This document shows positions 48,190 through 61,399 of a stretch of 64,000 nucleotides of DNA, one piece after another. This DNA comes from Mobula hypostoma (lineage: Eukaryota), in the NCBI RefSeq assembly GCF_963921235.1, contig NC_086116.1, positions 51,336,001 to 51,400,000 of the forward strand, read 5' to 3'. The first letter of the stretch is position 1. Each line of letters starts with the position of its first letter. Made by a program: the position numbers and the translations under genes. The notes under the pieces are model-generated. The model did no database searches and had not been told where the DNA came from. It was given only the letters and a program-made list of their open reading frames with translations.

Positions 48190-50692
48190 CTAAGGCCAAG
48201 AGATTCTTATATCACACAATATCAGAAATTCACATTGAAGAAAGCTACTTGGGCCCTCTTGGCCCATCAAACCCTCCACTCTCTCACTGCAAAATCCATT
48301 TTGGTTTTTGCGGCCTCTGCTCTTGCCAGCAATTGATGTACCACTTCCTGATGTTAATGAAATTGAACTCCTTCCACAAAACGTTGGATAAATCCAGTCC
48401 AGCCCTTGTAACCTCTTGAGCATTAGCAAAGTAATGGTAGATATCAGCAGTGCTACTTACAACTACCTTAAATGCCAGTGCTCAGAGTGTACACTGCAAT
48501 GATCAGTCAGTCCCAGATCTAACTGCAGCCTTAGCCCAAACATGGACAAAAGGAGGTCAATTCCAAGGGTGAAGGGTCTGTGACCAGCAAAACAGATAAA
48601 TGAAAGTTATGCATGCACCATGTAAGTACTAGGCAATCTCCTAGTGGGAATCTGACCACTAGCTCTTAATATTCAATGATATTACCATGCCCATGAAGCC
48701 CTGATTTCAACACCTGGATGCCACCAATGACCAGAAACTTAACTAGATAGTCACACATGTGCAAACATTTGTATTTTGTCTATAAAAGCAGCTTAAAAGT
48801 TTGGTACTCAGGGTTAATTCATTAAAGCCTTTCCATCAAATCAAAAGTGGGACAGGATATTCTCCAACCTCAAACAGAGCAGCTCAAAGAATTCAACAAT
48901 TCCAGCATAAAGCATGTTCTACATACTTCCATGCTTGTGAATGAAATATATTACATTGAAGAAAATCACAGAAGCTTCTTTGACAATACCTCACGAACCT
49001 GTGACCTCCAGTACTGGAAGGATAAGGGCAGTATAAGGATGGGACCCCAACAAGTGCAAGTTTCTTTTGCCAGATTCACGCCTTTCACTGCTGCATGGAC
49101 TTTGGCCATTTAAGGTAGTAGCTTACCACCACCTTTTTAAACGCTATTAGAAATGGAAACTGATCGCTGGCCTTAGACTGTGGTGCCCATAGACCATGAG
49201 TGAACAATAACAACCTCCACAGCAGAATAGCCTGTTAATCCAGCAGCTAAATAATAGTGTCTCTTGAAGAGTATTCATGCACATAGAGCATAGAACAAAG
49301 AAGCTTACAGCACAGTACAGGCCCTTCAGCCCACAATGTTGTGCCCACTTTTTAACCTAATTGAAGATCAACCTAACCCTTCTCTCCTAATCGTGCCAGG
49401 CCGCAGATTAAATTTTTGAAAATGTCTCCCATTAGCAGTAACATCCAAGGAAGAGAAGATAATTACCGATAAGTTACTTACACCCATGAGGTCTCCTGGT
49501 TTGCTTGATGCGAGATTTACCCAGTTATTATTCTGGCTGTTAACAGCAGCACCGCTAAATGAAAACTTCTCTGCGCAAGGGTCATTAGATGGCATCATCT
49601 GCTTGTAAATAAACTGCAGCAGCAACTATTATCAAAAGAAATTTTAAATAAAGGTTGAAGAATTTAAACGACTCTTTGATGAAGTATCCTGATTATTCCA
49701 CAGTATTAAGAGCGAAATAGTAAGGCAGAGATGAAGTTTCCTCTGCAGTGCCATTATCTTAACTCAGACTAAAGCTGCTTCTACTCTGCCCATTAATCTG
49801 TCAGGCAGAGCAGCCCGGATTAGATATAGAAACAGAATCAGAATCAGGTTTATTATCACCGGCATGTGTTGTGAATCTGTTAACTTAGCAGCAGCAGTTC
49901 AATGCAATACATAATATAGAAGAATAAATCAATCAATCAGTCGATCAATCAATCAATATAGGGTATAGCTCCTACTATACAGTCTGAACAAAACTTCTCA
50001 GAGCAGCACACAGGAGATTAGAAACAGAGTAAAGATCCCTATAAACCAATAAAATACTTTGTGGGTAAATGGAATATGACGCCATGGTGCTCCTAATGCA
50101 AACTGACAGTACAAAATGAGACGAAAATAAAAACAAGAATAAAGATACATTATTGAACGACCCTTGGCCTTAAGCGTTGACCATGTTTCTCCCCATGGGC
50201 GCTGCCCAATCTATAAAGAGCAGAGCATTTTCAGATTTTGTTTCAGATTTGCAGCAGCTGCATCTCTAAACAGGAGTGATGCTTTGTCTTTAGTGTAACA
50301 CTGGGCTTGGCACAAGGGAGTTCAAGTTTAAGCTCTTTCACAATGAATAGGGAAAATGAATGCTGTGCGGATTCCCAATGAATAATACGATTGACATCCT
50401 GAGGCTGGATGGGCAAAGCACATCAAGGATGATGGGGACAACCTTATCTAACAATTGAACACGAACAATGGACAGGCATTCACCCTAAGGGATGGCTGTA
50501 CATGGTACCCTAGATTTGAACGGACTGTGAATTCCAGTGTGCATTCTACCTTAAGGATGGATGTGGTTTGCCCATCAAAGAAATGTACAACTTTAAAACA
50601 GTCACACTAATATAGACTCTAATATTGTCAATATCATTTATTTGCAAGAGTACATTGTAGTAGATAGAATCATGTTAGAGATGGTGACTTAC

Positions 50693-50885
50693 TGATTGTT
50701 CCTCATGGTGATTTTTACATAACTGTTCCAGAATCATCTTCTGGATGTGGATCCTCCCCAGCAATGCTAATGCCTTGGGGTCACAGGCTGTGATCACGGA
50801 CTGCTTTCGTTTCCGATCAGCGATTGTGCAGATGAAATCCTGGAGCTGGCTCACCGCTAACATTTCGTTCCTGCCTTCACACAAC
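50693..50885 (-). CDS. Unidentified gene, exon h
   Basis: tttttccaag|LCEGRNEMLAVSQLQDFICTIADRKRKQ...ALALLGRIHIQKMILEQLCKNHHEEQS|gtaagt; phase 2/0. Confidence 0.8.
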
Positions 50886-51321
50886 CTTGGAAAAAGTTAT
50901 TCCAACAGCGTTAGGTTTTCAAGTATCATGCAGTTGGACTTGTTCATAAAATACCATCTCCTCAATCCTCTCTCTGTATCCCAATCATCTCCCACTCTTT
51001 GGATGCTAGTCTCCTCTGATTGCTACTCTCTCTCTTTCATTGAACCTAATCTCAGGGCTTCCCTGTTGTGGATTCAAATCCCCTCATAATCTATTAATCT
51101 ACCTCTGCCTTTACCCTTACCCTTATATCTACTTCAACCTCAGTTTTATTTATATTCTCAAAGTTTTTAATCTGCATTTGTTGCACATTTTTAACCAATC
51201 TTGAAACCACAGCAGGAGTGCCTACCCAACATCCAGAGCTTGGATATCTTTGGCCATCCACATTAAGGTCTTGCCTCTATACTTGGCCTGATTAACGTTG
51301 CAATGTCTATGATTCACGTAC

Positions 51322-51538
51322 TGTGGAGATTCAACACTCTTCTTCCAGTCAGCGAAACCCAACACAAGTGCTGCAGTTTCAAACGTGTCCTGGCTCTGGG
51401 CCTGGCATTGCAGGTAGTGCTGGGAGAGGAAGACCCGGGTCCTCTGTACTGGAGTCATTGGTGTGGACAAAATGGAAGACATTTCATGCTCACAGCATCG
51501 GTGCAAATCCAGGAGCAGTGACAGCAAACTGGACATTT
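51322..51538 (-). CDS. Unidentified gene, exon g
   Basis: ttcattctcag|(E)MSSLLSLLLDLHRCCEHEMSSILSTP...TAALVLGFADWKKSVESP(Q)|gtacgt; phase 1/2. Confidence 0.8.
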
Positions 51539-51864
51539 CTGAGAATGAAAGCAGAAGGTGTTTAGTGACACAGAGGGATCAGCTTCCAATCTCTGAAACC
51601 AAACTTAACCCACCCTTTAACCATGGAGCCCATCCTCAACTCTGATCAAGATACAAGTGATACAAGAATGACACAAGTGGTGGGCAAATTTTTGTCAACA
51701 TCCTTATTAAATGTTAATGAAATAAATGCGTAAGTGTACAGAACCTAAAAGAGACAAGCAGATATCGCATTAAGAGGGAGGAGTAAGGCGGGTATTCCTG
51801 GAAGAGAAGTGACCGTGTCTGTAAAGCAATAAGATTGCACACACTGGAATTCAGAACTGTAAAG

Positions 51865-52310
51865 ATACTGGGAATGAAACGGTTAATGTATGAGGAGCAT
51901 TTGATGGCTCTGGGCCTGTACTCACTGGAGTTTACAAGAATGAGCGGGGGTCTTAGTGAAACCTATCGAATTTTGAAAGGCCTAGATAGAGTGGATGTGG
52001 GGAGGATTTTTCGTATAATGGGAGAGAACAGCCGCAGAGTAGAGGGACGTGCATTTAGAATAGAGATGAGGAGGAATTTCTTTAGGGTGGTGAATCTCTG
52101 GAATTCTTTGCCACAGGTGGTTATGGAAGCCCAGTCATTGGGTATATTTAAAGAAGAGGTTGACAAGTTCTTGGTTAGTCAGGGCATCAAATGTTAAGGG
52201 GGGAAGGCGGGAGAATGGAGTTAGAGGGATAATAAATCAGGCATGATGAAATTGTGGAGTGGACTTGATGGGCTAAATGGCCTAATTCTGCTCCTATGCC
52301 TTATGGTCTT
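51865..52310 (+). mobile_element. CR1 3' fragment
   Basis: ALGLYSLEF...ETYRILKGLDRVD...VVNLWNSLP. Confidence 0.8.
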
Positions 52311-52502
52311 AAGGTCCAGTCAGATTGCTGGAAAGATAGCATCAGTGGAAAATGAAGGAGAGTTAGCATTTCTGCTCATGATACAATTTGCCACTTGTAC
52401 CAATCACTTTTCCTTGGACTCCACTTTAGCACAGATATTCCATCCTCCATCCCAATTCCCTATCCTCCTTCCAATAACCAAACATTGCTCAACCTCAACC
52501 CT

Positions 52503-52668
52503 AATCCCTAACCTCCTCTTCACCCCAAACCATTTTCAGTATCACCCTCTGTTGTAAAATCCCTAACCTCCCCTTCACCCCAAACCATTTTCAGTATCAC
52601 TCTCTGTTGTAAAATCCCTAACCTCCCCTTCACCCCAAACCATTTTCAGTATCACCCTCTGTTGTAAA
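52503..52668. repeat. 55-bp tandem repeat, 3 copies
   Basis: CCCTAACCTCCCCTTCACCCCAAACCATTTTCAGTATCACCCTCTGTTGTAAAAT starting at 52506, 52561 and 52616. Confidence 0.92.
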
Positions 52669-52863
52669 CCTTTCCATTGCCATCTCCAACTTTCAAACAG
52701 TTTACTCATAACTACTTCCTGCCCTGCTCTCTCTTCCCTACATCCCTACACCTCCCTACCCTAATTACATCCCCTTGTCAGCACCATTTCCCACTACTCT
52801 CATCGTTCCCCTGTTTCCTCACTTTATCACATTATGCCTCTCTACCTCATGACCTCTCCATAC

Positions 52864-53036
52864 CCCAATGTTTCTGTAGCCTCTTTTGATGGAGTTGTTG
52901 AACAAGCATTTGGTACTTCTGCTCCACCAACTGCAGAAGGTGTGATTTTGACACGACATCCTTGCCCTCAGGACGCAGACATTCCATATCCTGTCCATCA
53001 TCATGAATGACAGCAGAGACTCCGCCTATTGCCCAC
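52864..53036 (-). CDS. Unidentified gene, exon f
   Basis: ttgttgtag|WAIGGVSAVIHDDGQDMECLRPEGKDVVSKSHLLQLVEQKYQMLVQQLHQKRLQKHW|gtatgg; phase 2/1. Confidence 0.8.
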
Positions 53037-53427
53037 CTACAACAAGAAATGAAGGCAAGGTTAAAGGAATGGTAAGCAAAGTCACCAAGCAACATGGATG
53101 GTGTGAGAAGTGGAACGGATATTACAGCTCTTAAGCCAATGAATGTGTCCAGGAGCAGCAAATGAGTTAAATCCTCCCGTGGAAACTCTCCCACAGATTT
53201 TGAACTGCACAGCCCTGTTTTTAAGCCTTAAAAGTCTGACTTAGTGCACATGATGTACGAACAGTCTGTGACTCAATATCACACTTTTGTACTCCCAGTA
53301 ACTGTGACTCAGTTCAGCACCCAATGACCTGCTACATACACCGTTACTCCTGGTGTGCTTGTCATTAGCAGATCCACATTCTCCTGCAATGGAAATGAAT
53401 GAACGTAGCCCTGTTGCCGATACTCAC

Positions 53428-53513
53428 CTGGTGCTGACTCGGTGCCGCTCCTGCATCACGTGACTGAGACCCTGGAGCCGAGCCTTCAGACTGTCCAGTT
53501 CAAACCTACCGAC
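53428..53513 (-). CDS. Unidentified gene, exon e
   Basis: ttttacag|VGRFELDSLKARLQGLSHVMQERHRVST(R)|gtgagt; phase 0/2. Confidence 0.8.
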
Positions 53514-54459
53514 CTGTAAAAGCACTGTGAAGTCTGTCAGTCATTCACTGCTGCCCGCTCTCACTCACACACAAGCATGTCATAGAACACAGAACAGGAG
53601 AGCACAGCCTAGTAACCTACTCCAAGATCCAACTAACCCTCCCTTCCCACATAGGGATCCATTTTATTTCTATCTGTTTGCTTACCTACCGGAGCACCCA
53701 GAGGAAACCCGCGCGGTCACAGAGAGAACATACCAATGGTGGGAATTGAACCCGGGTGGTCTGTACTGTAAGGCGTTGTACTATGCTACCGTGCTGCCCC
53801 ACTTTCACCATGGCCCCTCACTCCATTATTCTGTCATTCCTTTACTCCCACAGTCTCACACTATGCCATTCCCTCTCTCACATTGGTACTCACTTCCTTA
53901 CCTCTGTTGTTCACCTGTGGGATGCAGCCTCAGACAGCCCAGCTGTACTCTACCCACTCAGTGCCTTAACCATCTAGACTGCACCCTCACGTCATCGCGC
54001 TGGTTCAGTCCACATCCTCTACCCCCTATGTAGCAGCACCAACTGCGAGTTTGATGATTGTTCCTCTGCGCTCCTTGTGTCTCAGTGGGAGGCAACCTTG
54101 CCGTTTCTTTAGTGCTAGTCTGTTTTTCACAGCGGTAAGTTACTAGCTCGATGCTCAGTGTGTGCAGGGAGTTGGCCAGACTCGAACCTGGGACCACTCG
54201 CCTCAAAGTCCACTACACCACTGGCTGGCTACCTGCAAGTGTACTATAATCCTAACAGTGTCCTGATCTGGTAATATATCAATGATCCTTTATCATTACA
54301 GCACGGATTATACAGAAATTAGAACTCCCTCTACCCTGTTCCATCAAACACTCATGGGGCAAACAGGCAGGGTTTGATAGATTCCTCTCTGTAGTCCCAT
54401 CAATACTGATTCGATGCAGAGTCAATGTCTGTGTGCTTTACACTTAGTGATTGACTTAC

Positions 54460-54624
54460 TTTCCGTCCCATCCACACTTTATGCATCCGCATCATTTGCG
54501 GTGGCTGCGGGTGCCGCCTCGTATTCACCGATTTCTGATTCTCGTTACAAGGTGGATCCAGGGACTCTGGCAGTGGCAGAAGATCCCAACTCCAGCAACT
54601 CAGCATCTGAACGTTCCACAGAAG
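54460..54624 (-). CDS. Unidentified gene, exon d
   Basis: ctgcag|LLWNVQMLSCWSWDLLPLPESLDPPCNENQKSVNTRRHPQPPQMMRMHKVWMGRK|gtaagt; phase 0/0. Confidence 0.75.
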
Positions 54625-54784
54625 CTGCAGCCCGAGGAATAGAGAATCAGAGTTACAGACGAAGCCGGGAAGTGCCTCATTACTACAAGGGCTCAGAGTT
54701 CATTCACAGTCCCTGCTGCTTAAGCGCAGCTCAGCCCGAGCACCCTGGACTTCAGCATTTCTGAGTGAATAGGGCATGTGGTAA

Positions 54785-56520
54785 ACATAGAACATAGAAT
54801 AGTACAGCACAGTACAGGCCCTTCGGCCCACAATGTTGTGCCGACCCTCAAACCCTGCCTTCCATATAAGCCCCCACCTTACATTCCTCCATATACCTGT
54901 CTAGTAGTCTCTTAAACCTCACTAGTGTATCTGCCTCCAGCACTGACTCAGGCAGTGCATTCCATGCACCAACCACTCTATGAGTAAAAAACCTTCCTCT
55001 AATATCCTCTTTGAACTTCCCACCCCTTACCTTAGAGCCATGTCCTCTTGTATTGAGCAGTGGTGCCCTGGGGAAGAGGAGCTGGCTATCCACTCTATCT
55101 ATTCCTCTTAATATCTTGTACACCTCTATCATGTCTCTTCTCATCCTCCTTCTCTCCAAAGAGTAAAGCCCTAGCTCCCTTAATCTCTGATCATAATGCA
55201 TACTTTCTAAACCAGGCAGCATTCTGGTAAATCTCCTCTGTACCCTTTCCAATGCTTCCACATCCTTCCTATAGTGAGGTGACCAGAACTGGACACAGTA
55301 TTCCAAGTGTGGCCTAACCAGAGTTTTATAGAACTGCATCATTACATCGCGACTCTTAAACTCTATCCCTCGACTTATGAAAGCTAACACCCCATAAGCT
55401 TTCTTAACTACCCTATCCACCTGTGAGGCAACTTTCAGGGATCTGTGGACATGTACCCCAAGATCCCTCTGCTCCTCCACACTACCAAGTATCCTGCTAT
55501 TTACTTTGTACTGTGCCTTGGAGTTTGTCCTTCCAAAGTGTACCACCTCACACTTCTCTGGGTGAACGCCATCTGCCACTTCTCAGCCCACTTCTGCATC
55601 CTATCAATGTCTCTCTGCAATCTTTGACAATCCTCTACACTATCTACAACACCACCAACCTTTGTGTCGTCTGCAAACTTGCCAACCCACCCTTCTACCC
55701 CCACATCCAGGTTGTTAATAAAAATCACGAAAAGTAAGGTCCCAGAACAGATCCTTGTGGGACACCACTAGTCACAATCCTCCAATCTGAATGTACTCCC
55801 TCCACCACCACCCTCTGCCTTCTGCAGGCAAGCCAATTCTGAATCCACCTGGCCAAACTTCCCTGGATCCCATGCCTTCTAACTTTCTGAATAAGCCTAC
55901 CGTGTGGAACCTTGTCAAATGCCTTACTAAAATCCATATAGATCACATCCACTGCACTACCCTCATCTATATGCTTGGTCACCTCCTCAAAGAACTCTAT
56001 CAGGCTTATTAGACACGATCTGCCCTTCACAAAGCCATGCTGACTGTCCCTGATCAGACCATGATTCTCTAAATGCCTATATATCCTATCTCTAAGAATC
56101 TTTTCCAACAGCTTTCCCACCACAGACGTATGGCTCACTGGTTTATAATTACCCGGACTATCCCTACTACCTTTTTTGAACAAGGGAACAACATTCACCT
56201 CCCTCCAATCCTCCGGTACCATTCCCGTGGACAACGAGGACATAAAGATCCTCGCCAGAGGCTCAGCAATCTCTTCTCTCGCCTCGTGGAGCAGCCTGGG
56301 AAATATTCCGTCAGGCCCCGGGGACTTATCTGTCCTAATGTATTTTTACAACTCCAGCACCTCCTCTCCCTTATTATCAACATGCTCCAGAACATCAACC
56401 TCACTCATATTGTCCTCACCATCATCAAGTTCCCTCTCATTAGTGAATACCGAAGAGAAGCATTCATTGAGGACCTCGCTCACTTCCACAGCCTCCAGGC
56501 ACATCTTCCCACCTTTACCT
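54785..56520 (-). mobile_element. CR1 LINE 3' 1.7 kb, same subfamily as 44354-46930
   Basis: ORFs 55725-56243, 55501-55728 and 54848-55579 are near-identical to the 44-47 kb copy; same tail. Confidence 0.92.
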
Positions 56521-56534
56521 TTACCATATATATA

Positions 56535-56748
56535 TGTTGTAACTGGGTTACCTGTTTGGACATGCCCCTCTGCTGACTGCCCCTGTGGTTCCTCTGACAG
56601 ACCCCTGAATAAAGGCAATTGCGCCACTGCTCCTCCTCTCAGTCCAGGAGCAGATACTCAGCATGGATGAGGACCCATTTTACCGTTTATAAAATCCTTT
56701 CAGTATTTACTCTACTTCCAGTCTTTTGGAATTGTTGATGGTGCATCA
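56535..56748 (+). mobile_element. Possible short solo LTR
   Basis: TGTTGT...GCATCA termini with internal AATAAA/TATAAA. No target duplication is visible. Confidence 0.45.
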
Positions 56749-56894
56749 GGGCAGACATCACTGAGACTAGGAACTCAGAGGAGATCATGCTGGACAAATA
56801 CTTTAAGCACTGTGTGGTTAATCTATGGAGATAGTTTGTAGAATAGGACCTTAACATGAGCAACAATCTTGGGGCTGTAACCAAGACAATCTAT

Positions 56895-57148
56895 GTGAGG
56901 GGAACTGTACTCGGTGTCAGTGCCTGTGGAGCTGTACTCTGTGACTGTCAGCCTTGGGCAACTGTGCCCAGTGAGAGCCAGTGTCAGGGGAACTGTGTTC
57001 CAGTGAGAGCCAGTGTCAGGCGAACTGTGTTCCAGTGAGAGCCAGTGTCAGGGGAACTGTGCCCAGTGAGAGCCAGTGTCAGGGGAACTGTGTTCCAGTG
57101 AGAGCCAGTGTCAGGCGAACTGTGCCCAGTGAGGGTTAGTGTCAGGGG
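56895..57148. repeat. 31/32-bp minisatellite (~6 good copies plus decayed ones)
   Basis: Unit AACTGTG(CC/TTC)CAGTGAGAGCCAGTGTCAGG(G/C)G. Confidence 0.92.
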
Positions 57149-57242
57149 ATCAGCACACCGATGCGAGTCAGTATCTGCAGAAATGTTCCCAACTGAGTCA
57201 ATGTCCGGGGAAATGAACTGCAGTGAGAATTACATCTGATAC

Positions 57243-57332
57243 CTGCTCCAGTTGCTTTTGTCTTCTGTGCTGCTCCAACAGACTCTCCAGGAGAGTTTCA
57301 GGGTCACAGACTCCACTCATCTTGCTATACAT
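57243..57332 (-). CDS. Unidentified gene, exon c
   Basis: tttgtttggcag|MYSKMSGVCDPETLLESLLEQHRRQKQLEQ|gtatca; phase 0/0. Confidence 0.8.
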
Positions 57333-57379
57333 CTGCCAAACAAAAAGGAAAACAAGAGGTTTTACAACAAATATCCTCT

Positions 57380-57758
57380 CACTCTCAGCCAATCGCATGG
57401 CAGAAACGCAAAACATAGAAGTATGCAGACATGGTCAAGAGGTTCAGCTTTTGTTCAAACCAATCATCATAATGGGGAAGAAATGTGATCTGAGTGACTT
57501 TGACCATGGAGTGATTGTTGGTGCCAGATGGGTACTTTGAGTATCTCAGAAACTACGGTTCTCCTGGGATTTTCATCCATAGCAGTCTCTAGAGTTTACA
57601 GAGAATGCTGCAAAAAACAAAAGAAAAACATCCAGTGAGCAGCAGTTCTGTGGCTAAAAACAACTTGCTAACGAGAGAGGTCGGAGGCAAATGGCCAGAC
57701 TGGTTCAAGTTGGCAGGAAGGCGACAGGAGGTAGCTAATAATGTGGCCACTGAGTGAG
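57380..57758 (+). mobile_element. Tc1-like fragment, same family as 14370-16047
   Basis: MGKKCDLSDFDHGVIVGAR HTH remnant. Right TIR TAATAATGTGGCCACTGAGTG. Confidence 0.72.
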
Positions 57759-58639
57759 TGTCGAGGCAACTAATAAACAGTTGCACACAAACAGAAAATT
57801 ACTTCCTAACTGTCCATGATGATACATTCAATTGAGATATAAACTCCAGAGGAAAACTATTCCCTGTAGTTAATTAAAGCAGTTAAAACAATTATTGCAT
57901 AAACTAATATCATTACCAAAAGTAGCATTAAGACTGTGGCATACCAAGGTTTGGAAACAAAAGCATGATGAAGAAGTTGATGAAATATGAGAGCAAAAGT
58001 GCAGAAATTGACTAAATTTCCTTTTCAAACTTCTGCAAAGAATGGAAAAAGGAAGAGGGGAACAGAATTAAACTCTCAGAGCATCACAGTGAAGAAACTA
58101 TTACATGGGATATGGAAAAGCAGTGACATAGAACTAGTGGGCTGGATGGAGAACGCTGAAGTGCTTTGGTGGCCTATGGACAAGTTTCCACCCCACAACA
58201 AATTCAGTCTCACCACGCAGAGGTAATCAAACAACCAAAAGCCAAATGAAAAGCTACAAGGCCTGGGAAAGAGATGGTGTCCCTGCTGAAATGGAGTGGA
58301 AAGGTATTGTGAACATTAATTAGCAACCTCTTCTCCTGCATATGCACATGCGGAGAGTGTTATAGACACTGTAGCCACAATCAGGTAAAGTGACAGATTC
58401 AATTACAAAAGCTACAGGAAGGAGATGGTCTCCCTATTGACTGCGTGTATTTTCCTCAATCGAGTTGCTCCCTGAATCACAGTGTGGATTCAATCCATCC
58501 AAAAGGGCAATGGACATGATCTTCATTGCACCTTAACTTCGAGAGAAGTTTAGGGATCAATAGGCCCTCAATTCCATTAATCAAGAAGGATCTTTCTCAA
58601 TTCTGTTGCTTATATAACATTAGGTGAGAATAGGAGGTG

Positions 58640-59350
58640 TGAAGAGAGCATATGGTTGTTTTAATTAAATGGCCTCAGTGCCAGTCAGATGACAAATAAT
58701 GTGGGAAAATTTTAAGCAATTTATTTTGGTAGAAAAATATAAAAAACAGAATAAATGTTGGTGCTTGGAAGAATCCCTTTGCACTTATTTACAAGTCATA
58801 CATAGCTAACATCAACTGGAAGACAGATGGTATATCGGTATTTATTACAAGACCAGTAAGAAAATTTAGCAGCAATTGTTTAAAGTTGTGGCAGGACAAC
58901 TACTTAAGTATTGTGTGTAGTTTTGGTCTCCATATCTAAGGAAGGATTTTTTGTTCTTGTAGGAATGCAGCTGAAATTTATGATATTGAATGATTGGATG
59001 ATGGGACTGTTCAGTGATGAGAATTGAAGCAGAATGGACCTAAATTTAATGAAGTTTAGAAGAATGAGAGGCAACCTTATTGAAACAGGTCCCATTCTCT
59101 CAGCAACTGGCTGGCTGTAGGTTGCTTCCTTTGCTTGGTGTGCCTAGAACTGGGACGTCTTAGGTAGTGGATTAACTATTTAGGTAATGAGGAAAGGTTT
59201 TTTCATTCAGGGGATTGTAAATCTTTGGAGTACGTTCACGGCTGTGACCAACGTAGTTTGCACTTGGAAATAATCAAGCTATGTGGGCAAGTGAAAGGGG
59301 AGTGCAGTAGTGGTGGATTAACCATGATCCTACTGGAATTATGGAGCAAG
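58640..59350 (+). mobile_element. Highly degenerate CR1 fragment
   Basis: Decayed YCVxFWSPYLRKD and FRRMRGNLIET motifs. Confidence 0.5.
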
Positions 59351-60099
59351 CTGAATGACCCATTCCTGCTCCATTGTTTAATATTTTTTCATAACCTAGG
59401 GTGCAACTTTTCTGGACCAGATAACCTCTTTAATATCAACCTGTTTAATTTTATTACTTTCAATAATACCACTGCCTTCTCCTTTGCTTACACATAAGCA
59501 GCATCTTTTCTCCAGTGAAGACATAACTATTTGACTATTCTATTTCTTTTATTGGATCCACTTTATACTTTCCACGCATAGCTTTGTTTTCTATTCTGTT
59601 CTGCTCAGTTGTCATTAGCATTCTTCTCCTGTCTAGTTTGAATCTCTGTTAGTCATCAGGACAGATCTAGCTGTCAATATAATTCCTTGCTGCCCTTTTT
59701 GAAGATGAAACCCGCTTACGTAAATCCCCTCCTCTAGGAAGACTCCTACTATTCAATTGCAGTTTCATCCAATAATTTTCAATACCAATTCTCCTGTAAT
59801 TTAACAAGATTAGTTCTCTAATATTTAACTATTTTTGTACCTGACTGTACCTTGTATTTTTGTGAAAACTATCCAAACTCTGATGATATTTTGGTCACTC
59901 CTAACAAGGTGTCTCATTCCAATCTTGCAGTTCTTCCTTCCTCCTTGCCCGGTAATACAATAATCAAGATCGTTCTCATTGCCATCCTTCTACTGCACTG
60001 GCTCCCAATTTGTGACAACTTTATTTTCAAAGTTTTGAGATTTATTTACAAATCTGCCCCCTCTCCCTCAGTATTCTCTTCTATGCCTACAAACACCAA

Positions 60100-60316
60100 C
60101 ACACACAACATTCTGGAGGAACTTAGCAAATCAGGCAGCAACAACACAGACAAAATGCTGGAGAAAAGTCCTGATGAACGGCCTCCACCTGCAATGGCGA
60201 TGCCGGTCCCAGTGAAGGGTTTCCCCTCCATAGATGCTGAGTGACTTGTAGAGTTCCTCCAGCATTCAGTGGATGTTGCTCTGGATTTCCAGCATCTGCA
60301 GAATCTCTTGTGTCAG
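60100..60316. mobile_element. Fold-back Penelope-type insert, hammerhead partly lost
   Basis: Inverted arms CTGGAGGAACT / AGTTCCTCCAG. 10-bp target duplication CAAACACCAA at 60090-60099 and 60317-60326. Only AGTC-CTGATGA remains of the core. Confidence 0.65.
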
Positions 60317-60574
60317 CAAACACCAAGAGAGCTGTACTCTTCAATTCTGATCCCTTGCTCTTCAGTTGTTGGCCATTTCATCGGCTCTGAAATTTCCACT
60401 CTAAATCTCTTTGCTCTTCTTTAAAACGCTCTTCAAAACCTAACTCCTTGATCAATCTTTGATTGACCTGTTTAGAAACATCCTTTTGAGGCATGGGTTA
60501 CCTTTCTGCCTGGTTGCGTTCCTGTGAAATACTTAGGAATGTTTTAGTGTGTTCAGAGTGTTTCTTAAAATAAT

Positions 60575-60790
60575 GGTTGGAGGAAGAGGAGAGTTTCTGG
60601 GATTAGAGCAGAAAGAAGGGAAAGAAAAGAGGAATTAGAGGAGAAAGAGGAAGGAATTAGGAGAGAAGTAATTAGAAGACGAGGAGAAGGAATAAATATG
60701 AGGAAAATTAAGAAGTGAAGTTAGAGAGAAAAAAGAGGGGAGGATGTTTGAGGAGGTTGAAGTGGAAAAGGAGGAAGAGCAGAAGCCTGT
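60575..60790. repeat. Purine-rich (GA) low-complexity tract
   Basis: About 200 bp composed mostly of A and G on the plus strand. Confidence 0.75.
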
Positions 60791-60872
60791 TTTTGTTTCT
60801 TACTGACATGCCCGCCACAAGTGGGATTGTTGCTGGGAAGAATTTACTAATTAAAAATGGTTATGATCTTAC

Positions 60873-61035
60873 CAGACTGAGCGCTCCTTGGACAAGCTGC
60901 AGTGAGATCGGCCCCTGACACAGGCACTGGTGGAACCTGAGAAGATCTTCTGCAGTCAAATCTTTCTGGAGTGCCATTTTCAGTACATCACAGCAAGCCC
61001 TGCATTCCAGTTCCATGCTTTCGGAACACTCCTCC
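60873..61035 (-). CDS. Unidentified gene, exon b
   Basis: accag|EECSESMELECRACCDVLKMALQKDLTAEDLLRFHQCLCQGPISLQLVQGALSL|gtaaga; phase 2/0. Confidence 0.75.
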
Positions 61036-61399
61036 CTGGTTTCATTCAAAATGAATGGATAAAGGAAAGAGTTAATTAGTTATGGGGGATGCTGAAGCAT
61101 CTTCATTCTTGGAGTGTAAAAGGTCACCTACTGATCTCTCTTCTCTAGATACCCAAGTCAAATCTAGATTCAAACAGGGCTGATATAAATACGGTATATA
61201 AGATGAAGGAGAATAAAAGTTAACTGCTGGCCTTTCTCCACCAGCTCCTGTTAACTCAGACAAGGCAGTGGATCGCAGGTTGTGTGGAAAGTCAGGGTGT
61301 ATGGTGGTGACTGAAATGACTGGATCAGCAATATCATAGTTATTTTGTAGGACAGACACATGTCCATGCTAACTATTGAGTCATTAATTCATTAATTCC

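Noticed and set aside
56895-57148. CRISPR-like regular repeats
   Set aside because: Head-to-tail units with no unique spacers, in a eukaryotic context.
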